NCBI GenBank assembly: GCA_051362555.1
Contig: CM120641.1
Coordinates: forward strand, 12,338,001 to 12,402,000
Source: Lingula anatina
Taxonomy: Eukaryota > Animalia > Brachiopoda
Reading direction: 5' to 3'
DNA length: 64,000 bases
The number at the start of each line of letters is the position of its first letter. Within the stretch, counting starts at the first letter, position 1. The translations under genes were made by a program, and so were the position numbers. Below the pieces are notes generated by a model. It saw only the letters and a list, made by a program, of their open reading frames with translations. It was not told the origin of the DNA and did no database searches. Positions 1-16,974 of this stretch are shown here, in pieces.

Positions 1-684
1 GGCGCAGACAATGTGATTAGCTTAATTGTCTGGCACGCCCCCTTCGCAAAGCAACATGACCAACATCGGGGACCACAAAGTTTTCCCGACTTTACTTGTT
101 CTCGTACTTTAAGTTACGATGGGGTGTGCCTGACATTTAAGCCACAAAAACTGAATGCAATTTTGTAAGAATCCCCTGGGAGTAAGATCGATCTAGCTGT
201 TATGACAGGGTTATGGGAATGATCCCTTAGATCTAACAAATAAGTAAAATCTTTCATGGTTTGGAGGTTCTAATTAGTTTTGACACTGGTCTGAAGCTTT
301 CTCTGACAAAAACACATATTAAGCTTTATATCTCCTTACGTAACTGTTATGCAATAAATTAAAAATTAATGATATGAAATGAAAAGCTGTTAAAATAATC
401 TTCTTATATTCAGCGTGTTGGTATACCTTAGTCGGTGAAGAAGATAGCCACGATTCTGCCCCCCTCCCCCGTCTACATCCTTAATATTTTCATTCCGATA
501 TGAAATGAGGAATGTCATGTCATCAGAGTGCCTTGGACAATTTGTACTTCGAGCATTTAATCGAGATTTTAGTGTAATCTTAGGTTTTTCTCTATAGTTT
601 TTGAAATAGAAAAATAATTTTGGTTTATGACCTTGAGTTCCCCTTCGGATTGTGTGAAGGCGCATGCTTTATCAACAACTCTAC

Positions 685-3600
685 CTGTAGGCAGTTAACT
701 GCGAACGTATGACCACGAAATACTCTCTTCATCGTCCCTGATTTGGCATCAAAACATCTGCTTAACGTATCTCCACATCCGGTGAATACTGATATAGCCA
801 AGAATAAAAATAGTTGAAATGTTGAGAAAAAAAGTATAAATGTATAAACCAAGGATTAAAACAACAAAGACACGCGTCACTGGAAATACACAAGTTGTCG
901 TCCCATAAATGCGCCTACCTTTTGCTAACAACACAGGGTTCTTTTTAACGCCTCCTACACCCACCCACACTACTCCCCCCCCCCCCCCCCAAAAAAAAGC
1001 GCGTTTTGTAAAGATACCCTAAGTAAGTTAGCGAAGGGGAGACGTGCACATGGTACCAGTTAACAGACGACATTAACCTGCATGCAGTTGGCGCCGGTTT
1101 CATGGCCCTTGAACTGACGCTGAACAGACCCGGACTTGGAGTCAAAGCAACGCACAATGCCGTCCCCACATCCGGTGATCACTAAAATAAGATGGGGTTA
1201 ATAGCAACAGACAATTGCATAGGTTTACATATGAAGCAGTACAGTGAAAATTGGATTTGTCTATCTTATCATTTTTCATTTATTATTTTGTTATTGTCAG
1301 CCATCGCTCTCCATGCGTGTCTTGTAAAATATGTATGCTTTTTCACGGCATATATTCTGCCTGCCTGTTTGGTTTTGTTGATTGATATTGATGGTGTAGT
1401 TGTTTATTGTTTTGAAATATTGTTTTGTGGAGAGAAAGTATATCATGGTAGCCTAGACAACGTGGTGAAGACTGTGCTCTCCTCTGTAGCGCTGGAGCAC
1501 GCCTGAAATTACATTATCATATCATAAACATGAAAACAACACGAAACGCTGCGATAGTGTCAATTATCACTAAGGTGAACTTGGCGCTTCATAAATACGA
1601 CGAGAAAAGGCAATCATTTGTTGCAGTGGGAGAATAAGGTGACCTCTTCTTTTCCTGTGGCGCAAGGAGTAACAATTCCCGTGCTTAACAGCACGCGAGA
1701 GCTACATCACCCAATCTAAAGCACAAGACTTGCTTTTTAAATGGATTCGCACTTTTAAAGTTAAGTTCCCAACAATATTTTAAAATGCGTAAATGTACTT
1801 AATTTGTAAGGCTATATACATCGTGTACTTCAAATGGGCATAAGTAATAAATACGTAGTTCACAATAAGTGCCAATGCCTTACCAAGTCCTTCATGAAAC
1901 TTTACACAGCTCACGCTGTGTTTATGTCCTCTGTAGATTCGTGTGCAATCTCCGAATTCTGTCACCCACGCTCGACCTGTCTGGTCTGAGCTTCCGCTAT
2001 ACAACATCTTATTGACAACCTGGAACAACGAATGGTTAATAAAAACACACAATGCAACCGCCTGTACCATTTCTGAAACAAAAGTTACATTCCTAAACTT
2101 GACAAATGCAGTTATTAAAATTTGCAAGAAACGCCTTTATCTCTCTTTTAATTATTTTGTAACTATGTTATCTCCTGCAGCGGGTGCACTACGTCTCTGT
2201 TCACTGTAATATCTACATACCATATATATAGTCTTCTAATAGTCCCTACAGTCTTTTTTATTTTGGTTTAAGTGGTTTAAGTTGGTGAGTAAAATCAAAT
2301 TATTAAATGCCTGGGCAACATTCGAAAGACTTTAGTAATAGATATGATGAATCCTTGTAAGAAGTTTTAATCTGACGAGAAATAGCTGAATTGGCAAAAA
2401 CAAAAATTGTGTCCACGCACCTAACTACCTCTTTGCCACAGAGTTTTTTAAACTACGTGCAGTTTTATTGTTTCACGCTATGAAATAAATTTGTTCAAGT
2501 GATACGTTTGGGTATCAACGTGGTAAATACTGTTTAGTTTAATACTTATGTTATCATTTCCTGGATCTGACTACTTCACTTTCAGAAGTGAGAGGTTTCA
2601 GTGGTGAAAACAGATATGATGTTCATAAAGCGTAGTGGTTCAACAAAGGAAAATATACTAAAACAAATAATCTCCTAATAATTATTTGCCATCGATTTTC
2701 AGCTCATTTATTGATAAAAGAATTGTATTCTATTATCAGCTGAGTAGAAGCAACTTTGATCCAAATGACAATGTCCTTGTTTATTAACATTTTCAAACAA
2801 TGTTCCTACTGCTGAAAGCTGTGATTGTCCGTATCTACAACACACAGCAGAGCAAAATCAATGAAATGCATTATGGACAGGTAATAAGTTCTCGATTTGC
2901 AGTCTGAATACATATAACCACAGCTAGAGCACGCTGCATAACATGATTAGAACACATTCCTTTATTGAGAGAAAGCATGTTAAATTTCAATTTGTAAATA
3001 AGCCGTGGGAAAGCAACAAAGAGTTTTTATACATGTATTCGCTGTTATAAATTAAAGAACATTCTGTGGCAGTCCCAGTTTTTTTCAACACTTTTGTTAC
3101 ACTAATGTAGATAATGCATGCCTTTTAAAACGTTTTTTAAAAATGTAATTCATCTTTCATAATTTAAATATATTGGTTTTAGCAAGTCTAAATTTTTGGT
3201 ATCCGATATGAATGTTCTGCACCTGGCACACAAACTCATATCGTTATGTCCTGTGTTTTTCCTTGAAGCAAAAGTAACAGAATGCATTCTTCCAGCTTTA
3301 ATGAAAAAATAGAGACATTTCACATTTCTTTTTTGAATGGATGAATTGTGGATGAACATATAAAATGGCACATGTGCGATCAGGGTTACTAACTCAAATG
3401 CACGTCAAGGCTTGGTCCCACCCGTCCAATAACGAGTCACACAAGTTTCTCGTCAGTGCAATGAAACAATAACTCCAGTAAAAATCATCATTAATTATCT
3501 AGATATTAACTGGAGTACTTACAAAGAAAGGGATATTAATCAAACACCAGGGAATATGTATGGATATCCAATAATGTCGGTGCCATGCTTCGCCAATAAA

Positions 3601-6494
3601 CTCCTACATTGACGTTTGGTATAGGATTCATGCATCCATCTGAATTTTGTGTATAGTTGGTTTCATTTATTTTACCATGGACCCTTGAATGATTGAAAAG
3701 TGTATTTTCTGGCTTGTGTATTTCAATTTTTCTCATAGAATTGTCATTCTTGGGATGTCTCCTTGGTTCAGCTATATGGAATTTAACTAAATACATATTG
3801 GAATTTAACTAAATACATATTCATATGTAGCTCGCTGGGTTACATTGGGCCAAACTTAAATTAAGCACTAAGCACTCTGTTCTTATATGAGATGTTAGAG
3901 AAGCCGTGTTTACGCCTACATTTTAACATACTCAGTATTATTTGAAAAATAAAGGTACATATATCTCAATTCGTTTGGTGACTCATATACCTCCCCTGGG
4001 GTGATGGATTGCCCTCATAATCAAAGACATGCACAAGTACATGTATATCTGACGTTCACACACACTCTGCTGTCTGCTCCTTGTAGTAACCTATTATTTT
4101 GTTATTAAATAGAAAACATTTAATTGACAACGGAGATGAATGCCTAGAAATTATCAGAACAGAAAAGTTTTCGAATTCTATGAAGTATATTTTTTGCCAC
4201 AAAAGCCTCATATATGCCACCATACAGGTTCAAATAGCATAACTTAAAGAAATACTAAAGGGCTTCGTTTCACGTTTCCCGAAAAATGATACAATGAACT
4301 CTTTGACAAACACTTTGATCCCTTTTATATATGAGTAACGTTTATCTTTCGACAATAATAGAGGTATTGTGGAAAGAAACAACGGCCTATACAATTAACA
4401 TATGCTTTAAGGTGCAAGTTAATAAGATTGTTCTAAAATATCACCACAAATACCTAATTCAATCGTTATAAAATTTCATCAAAATAAAACAACAGTTACT
4501 GTATTAATTAAAGGGTGGACCTCGGCGTATTAATTAAAGGATGGATAAAGGATGATTGTGTGTGATGCGGCTTTATTATCCCTACGTCTAAAGGAAACTG
4601 GCTGATTAATGCATAAGACAAACGTGACATAACATAATCCATATGAAGACAATGAATCCGAAAACCCACTATATTCCACTTTGAAAATCAGTTGCTTTAA
4701 TATAATAATTGTTATTGTTCAAAACCAATCCTTGTGTACTCCTCCAGTACATATTGAAAACCATTTAATGTATATTTTAATATTAAAATATTCAGTCTAC
4801 AATGACCATCAGGTTGAATCTGGGTCGTAGGTGCAGACGAAAATGAGTCATGCTGTATTCTCTTGGGCTCGTTTTTGTTTCCTGCAGGTGTTTTTAACCA
4901 TTCTCTGAGTACGTGTACGTGTGTGTGTGTGTAATGTCATTGTTGAAATATGACTTTAAAAAATAAAACAATATGAAAATTATTCCATTCGGCAGTTTAC
5001 AGTATAGTACCAGTACTCATATCAAGAAAATAAGATTTATACTTGTTTTGAGGACTAAAATGAATCCGTGAAATCGACATGAGTCATGATAGCGTTCAGC
5101 GTTGATAATTATCACTGTGTATTGTATTATAAGTCTTATATCATCAGCATTTCAAAACATCTTCTCTGTAACTATAAAGTCTTTGGTTTAAAAATAAAAA
5201 CAAATCTTATGAGAAAATATTTGAATATCACAGAGGTAGTTGTAGTTACTGTTTACCAAAACTACAGACACGGTATGTCTGACTTTAGTCGGATCTCATT
5301 CTTCACGGCAATATGCTCGGTGAAGTTCGGTCGTTTACAAAGCTAATGAAAAACTACGATATTACATTTGCATATTTCAAAGCCACTTGGCCTTTTTTGT
5401 ATTTGCAACCTGAAGTTTATATGCAGAGAGTACTTTCTTTGTTTGAGGAACCCAGACTAAATAAGGATTACACGTGGCTAAGGCGGGTAGTTCTATTACT
5501 AATGTAAGATTAGACTATGGGCTGAGTTACCACTTGTTATAACACAATTATATGATACTTTTACATTACATACATTAAACATGTTTCATAGCTTATTGTA
5601 CATGTATTTATAGCACAGACTGGAACATATAGAACACCTTTTTGTAAAATGTTAAATCATTCAGACCTACGGTTTTGTCCTATATGCTACAGAAGAACGC
5701 TGCTTAATATTTTAGATAGCAGTGCTTACCACCATGCATATGACAGACCCAGCGTGTCCCTCGAACACCTTCATCTGGTCACCCTTAATGATGTTCCAAC
5801 TGCGGATACTGTGGTCCGTGCTGCCTGTGAACAGCGTCCTGCCGGCGGGATCCGTCGCCATGCACGTAATCGCTCCCGTGTGACCCTGGAAAACCTTCAG
5901 CGTCTTCCCCGTCTCAAACGACCAGGACCGAGCAGTGAAGTCTGCAGATCCAGAAAGGAGTATGTCTTTATTTCCGTCCCAATCAAAACTCTCCGGTGTC
6001 ACGTCTTCCGAATCCGCCGGAATGAAGATTAGGGGGTAAACCCCCTTTTTGTGGCCCGTGAAAACACGTATGCACTCTCCAGTTTCAAAGTCCCAGCATC
6101 GAGATGTTCTATCATATGAACTACTGAACACAAAGTCTCCAGTGCAAATCAGACGATTGACCAGCGAGTTGTGGCCGTTAAAAATCATCACACAATCACA
6201 AGTGGCAATGTCCCACTTTCGGACGGTTTTATCCGCGCTTCCAGTCAAAACGTAATTGTCCAGTATACAGATGCAATTGATATAGTCCTCATGGCCGGTC
6301 AGAATACCAATGCACTGGACTTGCTCAGTCTTTGTGCTCCACAGACGACATGTTTTGTCCTCGCTGCCAGTGGCCAGGACGGAATTATCATCACTGATAG
6401 CCATACAGTTAATGCCACCCTCATGATCATCACACGTCTGAAGGTGGTACGTCTTGTTCTTTGGGTTATCCGCTTTGGAGCCGCAACTCCCCAT
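685..6494 (-). CDS. WDR86: WD40-repeat protein 86 (3' end lies outside the window). Exons 6494-5730, 2019-1884, 788-685
   Basis: Serial GH...WD repeats. GT-AG junctions keep frame (phases 0, 1, 0). Segments HEGGINCM, FSSSYDRT, GHTGAITCM, VICMV-VVNKMLYSGS and RVFRGHTFAVNCLQ match WDR86 as I recall it. The N-terminus is MGSCGSK. Confidence 0.9.
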
Positions 6495-8209
6495 GGTGGT
6501 AGTTTAGGTGGGACAAACACTTACTTCACGCCGATTTTACGTTGCCCTCAAAAGTCAGTAAATTTACTAGATATGCGTACACTTATCTGTCCATATTCAA
6601 GCTGACTAACTTATGTGCAATTCCAGGACGGCCTACCCAGCACAAGGTGGGTGTCAAATTGTCAGAGGTTCTATCGCCCTTGTTGGTGCCGTGTTGCTCT
6701 CTTCTGTGGCTAACTGTGCTGTTTCATTCCTCCTATTCAATACTCATGCAACAACATTCGATCATTTGACATCCTATCCCCACAGAACTATCAATAGTCC
6801 TCATGAATATTTGATGTCATGTTGAAACGCGTTCGATTGCCGTGAATATTTAATTCTGCGCACTGTTAAACCGTCTCGCAGATGGCTTGCGCGTTTATAC
6901 ATCAATCTCCTGACTTCTGTCAGTCATCACTTCCGTTAATACAAGTCACATTGAAACATCCCTATTTTCTTTCAGGGGCAAATAAAGTTTATTACAAACT
7001 GTCTATTAGCTTCTTTTCATCAACTGGATAGAAAACCATCGGGCCATTTTCGCAAACTGCGTCAGAACAAAGAGATATTGATCTCCATCGATCCTAACTT
7101 GTTGCCATTGACGACCAGGTAAATTCTCGTGTAATTTCAGTAAATAAGCGACAATAGGCATATCAATCGACCTGGAACGCTCTTTTGCGAGCTGGGACTG
7201 GATTGCTCTTCAGTCGGCCCCTCTGACAATTCCTGATTAATTATCGATATATATTTTATGCCATAATTAGAATTATATTGCTTCATGATATTTGTGAACC
7301 GTTCTATTATTATCAATAAATCCAAAATTCTGCCCAAAGTGTTTTCATTATGCGGTCACTGTCAATGTGCAGTCATTGTATTTGAAATAACGGGTAAGAT
7401 TTCCTAGAGAACGAGGAAAAATCGATTTAAGGAGCATTGTTCACCGCTGTGTAAAGTTTGTTTTGCAAGAAACATACTTCAAGCGGTTATGGATGACAGA
7501 GGCCGCGTCTCATTTTTTTGGCACAGGTTGGAAACTGGTATCGGAAGAAAGACTGGGACTCTGGGCTATAAACAGTCACATAAAAAATTCGTATCAAATT
7601 AACAACTGTCGAAATTCGTGTAGAGTTTTGTAAACCACGTCAAAAAGAAGAATATCATGCCATTTAACGAATGGTAAATCATCAGTTATCAATAACGAAA
7701 AAAGTTTTGTTTTTCAGCTTCTGCTCCTTACGCAGTATGCAATATCCACGGGAATTTTAACACATTTAGGTTCACATATTTACATGTACTAATATTTACA
7801 AAAATGAATGTGTTTTTTTATTGTGAATTGTTAGAAGGATGTGCTTACTAAATAAGACGCTTACAAAAGTAGGCCTATATGTACATAAATGTATATACAC
7901 ACAAACAACTTTAATGTAACAAAAAATTATCCATATCTTTGCAAATGGAGCAGGTTTTCGTGGTGGTTTTGAAAAAAAAATTACGTCACTAACGCAATTT
8001 CGATTCACTGTTGCCGGTTCACCACTACTGCATTCAGTCTTTGATTTATATGATCTATACTTATTATTTATTTATTATACATGAGATTCATTACAGTTCA
8101 CATTAAAAAATAATAAATAAAATGGTAAGATTGTAAGATAAGCATCCAGTGTACAAATGTTCCAACCAAGGCCTCAGTATGAAAGGTATTCACGGTGCCC
8201 ATCTATTTT

Positions 8210-8556
8210 TCAGGCAATGTTTCTACAGCGGCAGCAGCCGGGCAGTTGAAACCAGTCGATGGCATATTTGTCAGAGATGTCATTATACGTCCCTGGATCC
8301 CTCTCGTAGACTGCTGCAAAATATTTGGGATCTTGTATACACTGACAACCCGTGCAGCCCTTGACATGCCTGTAAGAGTGAAATTTCACTAAATACATTT
8401 TTGAAAACATTTTCTCACATGTAGTACGGTACCTGAATGTGCTGGGGTGCCAGTGGGCTTTTAACTTAGACACTAACTTATTTCAAGTACACAAATACAC
8501 ATAGTTGAAGTACTTGCAGCTAGGCTGACATTCAGTTGCAACAGCTGACTGTCAAA

Positions 8557-8600
<44 letters not shown>

Positions 8601-11549
8601 GGAAAGAGAGAGACTAACCCGCACTGTTCGGTCTTGAATACTTGCTGAGCATTTTGCGGGAACTGAGGTAACTTCCGTATGATCGGAGGAATTTGCAGAT
8701 TGGGGAGTGCCGTCGGAGCTGTATACACCGCAATACTGAAAGAAAAGAAAAAATATTCAAGTTTTGTTTAGATAAGTAACTCAAAGTGAGAGTACAGCTA
8801 TGTCTTTTCCATGTAACGCATGCAAATTACTACTTCTTACACAACTGACATAAAATCCACATGCCAAAAAATAACCTTACACCTTTATTAATCATCTGGT
8901 CAGCCGAAAAAATTATTTTTGGATCGTAATCTTGACCTACAGTCCCTCCAGTTCAAAATGAAACGAAAATATGAAACTGAAGGAAATGATGATACGAAAC
9001 CCTGTTGTATTGCTTTAAGTTATACTAGTATTTGAAACTATATGCTGGCATTTGGTCGGGTCTATTTGCAATATATGACACGTCTACTCACACAATATGC
9101 TTATTAAATAAAATACACCTTTTGTTGTCCGCATATTCACTTCACCATATTCTTTTACGGCGCCGTGTATAATAACTACTTAAATCTGTTATTGAAGAAA
9201 CAGTTTTATCGCATTTTAGCTGACTGCTATCTCACGTCTTGATATTTTTTTTTTTTTTACAGTTTTATATCAAATTATCTTAAATAGTTTACGTTAAAAG
9301 TTACATAGGAAACGAGCTTGGAATTCCTTTAACGCCTATCAATACTACCAGTATCTCACCCAACTCAAAGAAAGGCCACTTGCCAAAGGATGAACCAAAT
9401 TAATCATCGCTCAGAAAAAAAAACCTTTAAAACTGAATTTTCTTCATATTTCTGGTCGTAAATTTGACCTCTACTTATCCATCTCCCCAGTTAATAAAAG
9501 TCCGCCAAACGACGCCTTACTGCTGCATGCGCATTATAATATTTATTTAAAGGGTTTTGGCAAAAACGACCGAGGGTTATAGAAGGAAAGCAGAAAAAAA
9601 ACCTGTTAAATATCATTTATCGGCAAATATGAAACGATACTCTTTGATATTTCTTTAAGTTATGCTATTTGAAACTGTGCGGTGGCAAATAGTCGAATTA
9701 AGTGACAAAGATTTGACAGGTTAAATCGTTTTGGTTGCGCCTTTAGAGGAAACTGCATCGCCTTACGTTTCACAACATCCGTGGTAAACTACCCCCGGTG
9801 TAGACCGCCTCCTTCTAGCAGGTTGATTTTGTTCTGGGTTAGGCTTATATGGGAAGTAGTTACACTTCGGCATTGAACAATTAGATGTGGAAACGTTTGC
9901 TGGTTTGAGCACTGTTTCTGTCTTGGACTCATTGGCAATTAAATACTGCTGTTCTTCGGGGGTAAAAAAATAACCGGGAAATGTTTTTCTCAGATATTTC
10001 ACAGTTTCCTGCACGGTGGCATTCTCACCCAGAGCATCAGGTGCTTTTTCTTGCTGCGGCCTGTAAAAAGAGCGAGACATAAGTAGGTATCTATATTCCA
10101 AAGAAAAAAATTAATACATGTAACTAAGTCCTATATTAAGAGCGTTTGTAAAAGTTGCGAGAAAGTTTATATGTCCATTTTGGCCTACCGGTTATTCCTG
10201 TTCTTCATTTTCTTTCACTGCATTTTCATTATTTTTTCGTCGATTATTTACTGTTTCAGAGAGTAGATTAAAAACTTTGCCTGACGTAAGTATTCCAAAA
10301 ATGTTATATTTTGATCCTTTGTTTTAATTAACTTAGTGATGGAGGTAGTCTCGGCTTCATACAGAGTAAAATCAGTAAAGCCCCCTTTACACTGGACGGC
10401 GTCCTTTCTGCGTCCAGCAGTACGGCCCCTTTTGAGAGTTAAAAAATTATAATACTTTACGGCAGACAACTGGCCGATCATTGAGCATTCATTCTGATAC
10501 AAAATCGATGCTTGTGCCTCCTTATTAAGACCACAGCGATGCCAAATTTCATGGTCGCAGAAAGGACGCAGAAAGGACGCCGTCCAGTGTAAAGGGGGTA
10601 TTACATCTTGAGGGCCCCCTGTTGTGCACTAAATGATGAACTTCGTGAAAATTTCAGGGGTAAAAAACAGTTCGAGTATACAACACATCTAGCATATTTC
10701 TATTTTACCTTGTTATACCAAGCCAAACCACGATTCCTATACAGGCAATTAAAGCTATAAATAACATCACAGATAGGTAAGCCTGAAATAAGAAAATTTA
10801 TTTAGCTGGATGAAATATATCATGAGTATGCCATAGCTTTATGATAAGTTAAGTGCTTATGTCGACATATATTAACATTGCAATGCACAAAAAGGCCAAT
10901 TTATATAATCAAAAAGGGAAAGATACGTCGACTAGTACGTTTGATTAGCAACTTGGAAAAAAATTAAGTCAAAACTTGAAGGCACAGAATGAGCGTTAAA
11001 TATTAATATACCATAACAAAAACCAAAAAAGATTTACGACCCATAATTATATTTTTAGTTCTAAGTTTCTAGTTTTTGAGAACCTCTCGTAATGGTTCTA
11101 TAGTGAATTTCAGTCATGATGGTGAAAATTAGAAATTCATTATTATTATTATTTTAAATTTTGCAATATAAATGTCAATAATTCGCACTGCATGCATTGG
11201 CATGATTTTGACAGGACACTTTTTTCAATGAACAAACAAATTCTAAAGAAAATAAAAGAAAAAAATGACAGGTATCAAAATTATAGTATGAATCCAAATA
11301 TTTCCTTTATCAAACGTAAAAGATTATCATAAATGATTAGGCAAAAAAAAAACTAAGTACTTAATTTTTTAACTTACTAGTCTCGACTGTGTACATATTT
11401 TAGATGACATCATGAAGCAGCAAGAACTTCTCACTGAAAGATATTTCAAGAACGATCAATAGGCGGTAGAATATGTGAAACACAAGAAAGAATAACAGCT
11501 GAAAAACAATGTTTTTTCTTCTAAAATTCAGTGATACCTTAAATTCCAT
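8210..11549 (-). CDS. Spaetzle-like cystine-knot secreted ligand precursor, about 218 aa. Exons 11549-11538, 10782-10709, 10060-9767, 8735-8619, 8369-8210
   Basis: All four introns are GT-AG with compatible phases (0, 2, 2, 2). The protein has a hydrophobic signal or anchor (AYLSVMLFIALIACIGIVVWLGIT), a prodomain, an RRRR|S furin site, and a mature domain CC...QQVFKTEQC...C..C.CIQ...DWFQLPGCCRC resembling the Spaetzle domain. An alternative in-frame ATG lies at 11606. Confidence 0.8.
8558..8612. repeat. Compound (GT)n(GA)n microsatellite
   Basis: Directly visible, next to the splice donor at 8618. Confidence 0.95.
10379..10600. mobile_element. Harbinger/Tourist-like MITE
   Basis: About 35-bp TIRs (CCCCCTTTACACTGGACGGCGTCCTTTCTGCGTCC and its reverse complement at about 10564-10598), flanked by TAA and TTA, the TWA target typical of PIF/Harbinger. 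Confidence 0.75.
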
Positions 11550-14500
11550 TGTAGATAGGTAGAAAGGAAGACGACTCGAAAGTCTTCTTGCTGGGTTACA
11601 TCTCATCAAGGCGGGTCATCTTCACAAGGTCTTCATTTGAAACTTAAGGGTCAGGCAATTTTCATTACCACTGCAAGCAATTAGCTTTTACTCAACTCGC
11701 CCAAGCTTCATATATTTTGAATATGTTAAAAAACGCTAAAGGGCGTTCATGGTCACTGTGGTGTCCGTTTTATTATTTTAAAAGGTTCTTAACTTGGTTA
11801 TGCTTTGATAGTTATACAAATTGTCAAGTTCATACTCTATGACCCTGAAGAGTAAATGTCTCTGCGACAGAAAAAGTCGTGAAAAGTATTATCATCATAA
11901 ATGAATAGAAATAAAAGCCTCACGTCACTAAAACGCAGATGTTTGAAATTAAGAAATAATTAATTTTCCTCTATCTTCTTCGTTCTATCTTTCCCATCTT
12001 TCGGTTAACATGTAAAATTGGATTCGGAGATGCTACAGTCATGTTTTCTAAATGATAAGCATTGCTTGTACCAGTACAGAGGGCTTGTTATGTTGTTGAC
12101 TGCTGAAGTGACTAACATGTTTACGACTTGCAAAACAATGGCCATTATTTCTCATATTACACTGGTCTAGATATTGACGCAAAGTTTATACGGTACTGAT
12201 GACATGTCTGACCACTGCGAAAATCATGCAACCACAACCACACATTTTTAAGGAAAATGTTAGGCCTACCTTATATAAACATAAGCGAATCGTCGTATTT
12301 TATTATTCATATACATGTACATTATTGCAACAGTTTTGGTCTATTTCTCTCTCGGCGAAAAGGGTTTTCAAAGATTATATATGAAATTGTTTTGTCTTTT
12401 TAACCCTAACTTCATTTGACTTCGACTTCTAGGTTTATATCAGAAAAAGGAAGGCCAACGGATATGACTGAATTCAGACATCCCATCTTCAGAATGATCT
12501 TTGGTCAATTTCTGTAGTTAATTCGATTCTTTTCTGTTTTCTTCGGGAAGACGGACGTTCACATCATGATACATGGAATATGAAAGAATAGGCTAACACT
12601 ACACCTAGCTCAGGGGGAAACTAAACTACGTACCATATTAAGAAGGAATTGTCACCGAATCGTATATCGAGGTCATTTTATTTGTACCCTTCGCTGCTTC
12701 GAGTGTTAGAAAAGTTACACACAGAGCACAAGTTCGCTTACCTATATTTTTAATGGGATCATCAACTGTTGATATTTTCTCCTATATAATATGAACACAC
12801 CACGTGTACTGCGTGTTATGGATCCGTAGGCTGATTAATGGACGGCACCGTGTATTTGCTTTTAGCACGATTTATATAGAGAGCCTCAAAGTTGCGAAAG
12901 ACAGGTGTCGTACTGAACCCGGAAATACAAGAGACAAAGGGTCGTATATTTAACAGGATGCAAAGCGGTTCCGCGCTATTCCTCTGGTCTTATTATTTCC
13001 AGCACTCGCCTCTGTGTGACGGGTCATTACCCCCCGTAAATGCAGGGTTTACTTGTATTCTGGTACTATTGTATTACGACAACGGCCGGCCTATTAACTT
13101 ATGCGTCACGGTTTCACTGAAGAAACTAATTTTCGTGCCGCTAATAAACAAATCAAGATTTTAGTTTATAATTTTAGACCCAGAACACGGATCCTAACAC
13201 TGACACAGATATGTTTATTATATTTGACATATCTTGCAAGATTTTATACTGAAGTTGACAGCTACTTTGAAAAAAAAGGAAATAAACACAATGCACAAGG
13301 AAACAGTTCAGGATTTCCAATTAATAGTTCCATTTTGTTTCATTACCAGTGCTTTCCACGAAAGAAAATAATACAGAATGCACATTAGAAGGGGAAACGG
13401 ACAAAGCAAGTATCACATGACGTGGCCCATAGAAATTACCCCAAATTACAAATTAAAAAAAATACAATTTCCACCAAGAAATTTTATTTATAACAACAAA
13501 AATATAACATTTGTCACATGCATGACAAGGAGTCCATGACAACTGAAATAATATCCCAAATGTGTGAACTGATATCCTGTGCTACAATACCAGCCATAAC
13601 AAGGCATCTGTAACCGACTTGATTTACCGATCCAAGTTGCTGGCATAACGGACCTCCAGAATATCACAGCAAAGCGACCCTTAATTCTGCTATTTCCAGT
13701 AAGACACAAATGAACTACAGCGGTTTGTCATTAACTGAAAGTCATCAGTACCATAAGACATTTAATAATCTTTCATAAGAACACCTTCAGGCCCATTGTT
13801 GGTCAGCACTCCCTCTGTTCCAACATCTCTTTCTTATATCATTGCATTGCTTACCATGTCTGCTCAGTCAATTTTTAACCTAAAATCTTAAAAAGTTAAT
13901 TTCTAAAACAAACAAACAAAAAAAAAAACCTTGCCTTCAACGCTGTAGTTTTTTTTTTTCAGAAAAAAATCAGAAGGGTTTTACAGAAACCCTGTCAATT
14001 AAAGACAGGTTGTGCAAAATGGATAATGCAGTGTTTTTTCTTCTTTTCTATATTTGTGCACACAATATCCACAAAGCAAGAAAAAATCTGTTTTCAAACA
14101 ATATAAAGACAATGTAAATGATTAGTATGAGAGTACAAATGAATACATGTAACGACCTACACTGGCTCCATGTTAACATTATGATAGCCACATTATGGGT
14201 GGCATTAAGGAGAGAAGACAGAGGCCATCACTGTGGTGCCCAACATCACAACAACATGGACAATTCAGTACCATGTGGAGCATAATGAAATAAGACAAAT
14301 ATGACGCCCAAAGCTAATATTCCAACTGAACAACCACTTTGTATCATGATGTCTCCTGCTTTCTTCAATGCAGTTCAATTTTTTCAATGCTTCACTACTA
14401 TGGTTGACTACTGTGAGTAAAAGGAACTAACTATATTGTGCAATATACACCTCTGTGTGAGTCAAATAAGCTAGAGATCACTGAATGTCATAACAATCTA

Positions 14501-14778
14501 ATATCAGACATACTGTTCCAACTAAAAATGGCCTCTTCCTTGTGTAAATAGGGTTGCAAAGTCCAACCACAGATTTTTCTCAAATATTTCAGAGCACCAT
14601 ATGTCTTATTCCCATATTCTCCATTCCCCCCCCCCCCCCTTCCTTTCTAAGAGACATACTTGTATTGAGTACATTTTGTAAGAATTTGCTTCCGTGTCAT
14701 GGTAGAATTTTAAAAAATAAATCCGAAGGTCCTGGGGCTAGGTTGGAGCACAAACTTGAATCCATTGGGGTTATGTGT

Positions 14779-16974
<2,196 letters not shown>

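Noticed and set aside
22-140. Imperfect 20-bp inverted repeat (TTAATTGTCTGGCACGCCCC / GGGGTGTGCCTGACATTTAA)
   Set aside because: It sits at the window edge with no definable TSD and is probably a decayed MITE fragment.
5649-6605. Plus-strand ORFs overlapping WDR86
   Set aside because: They are antisense shadows of a GC-richer coding exon and show no domain features.
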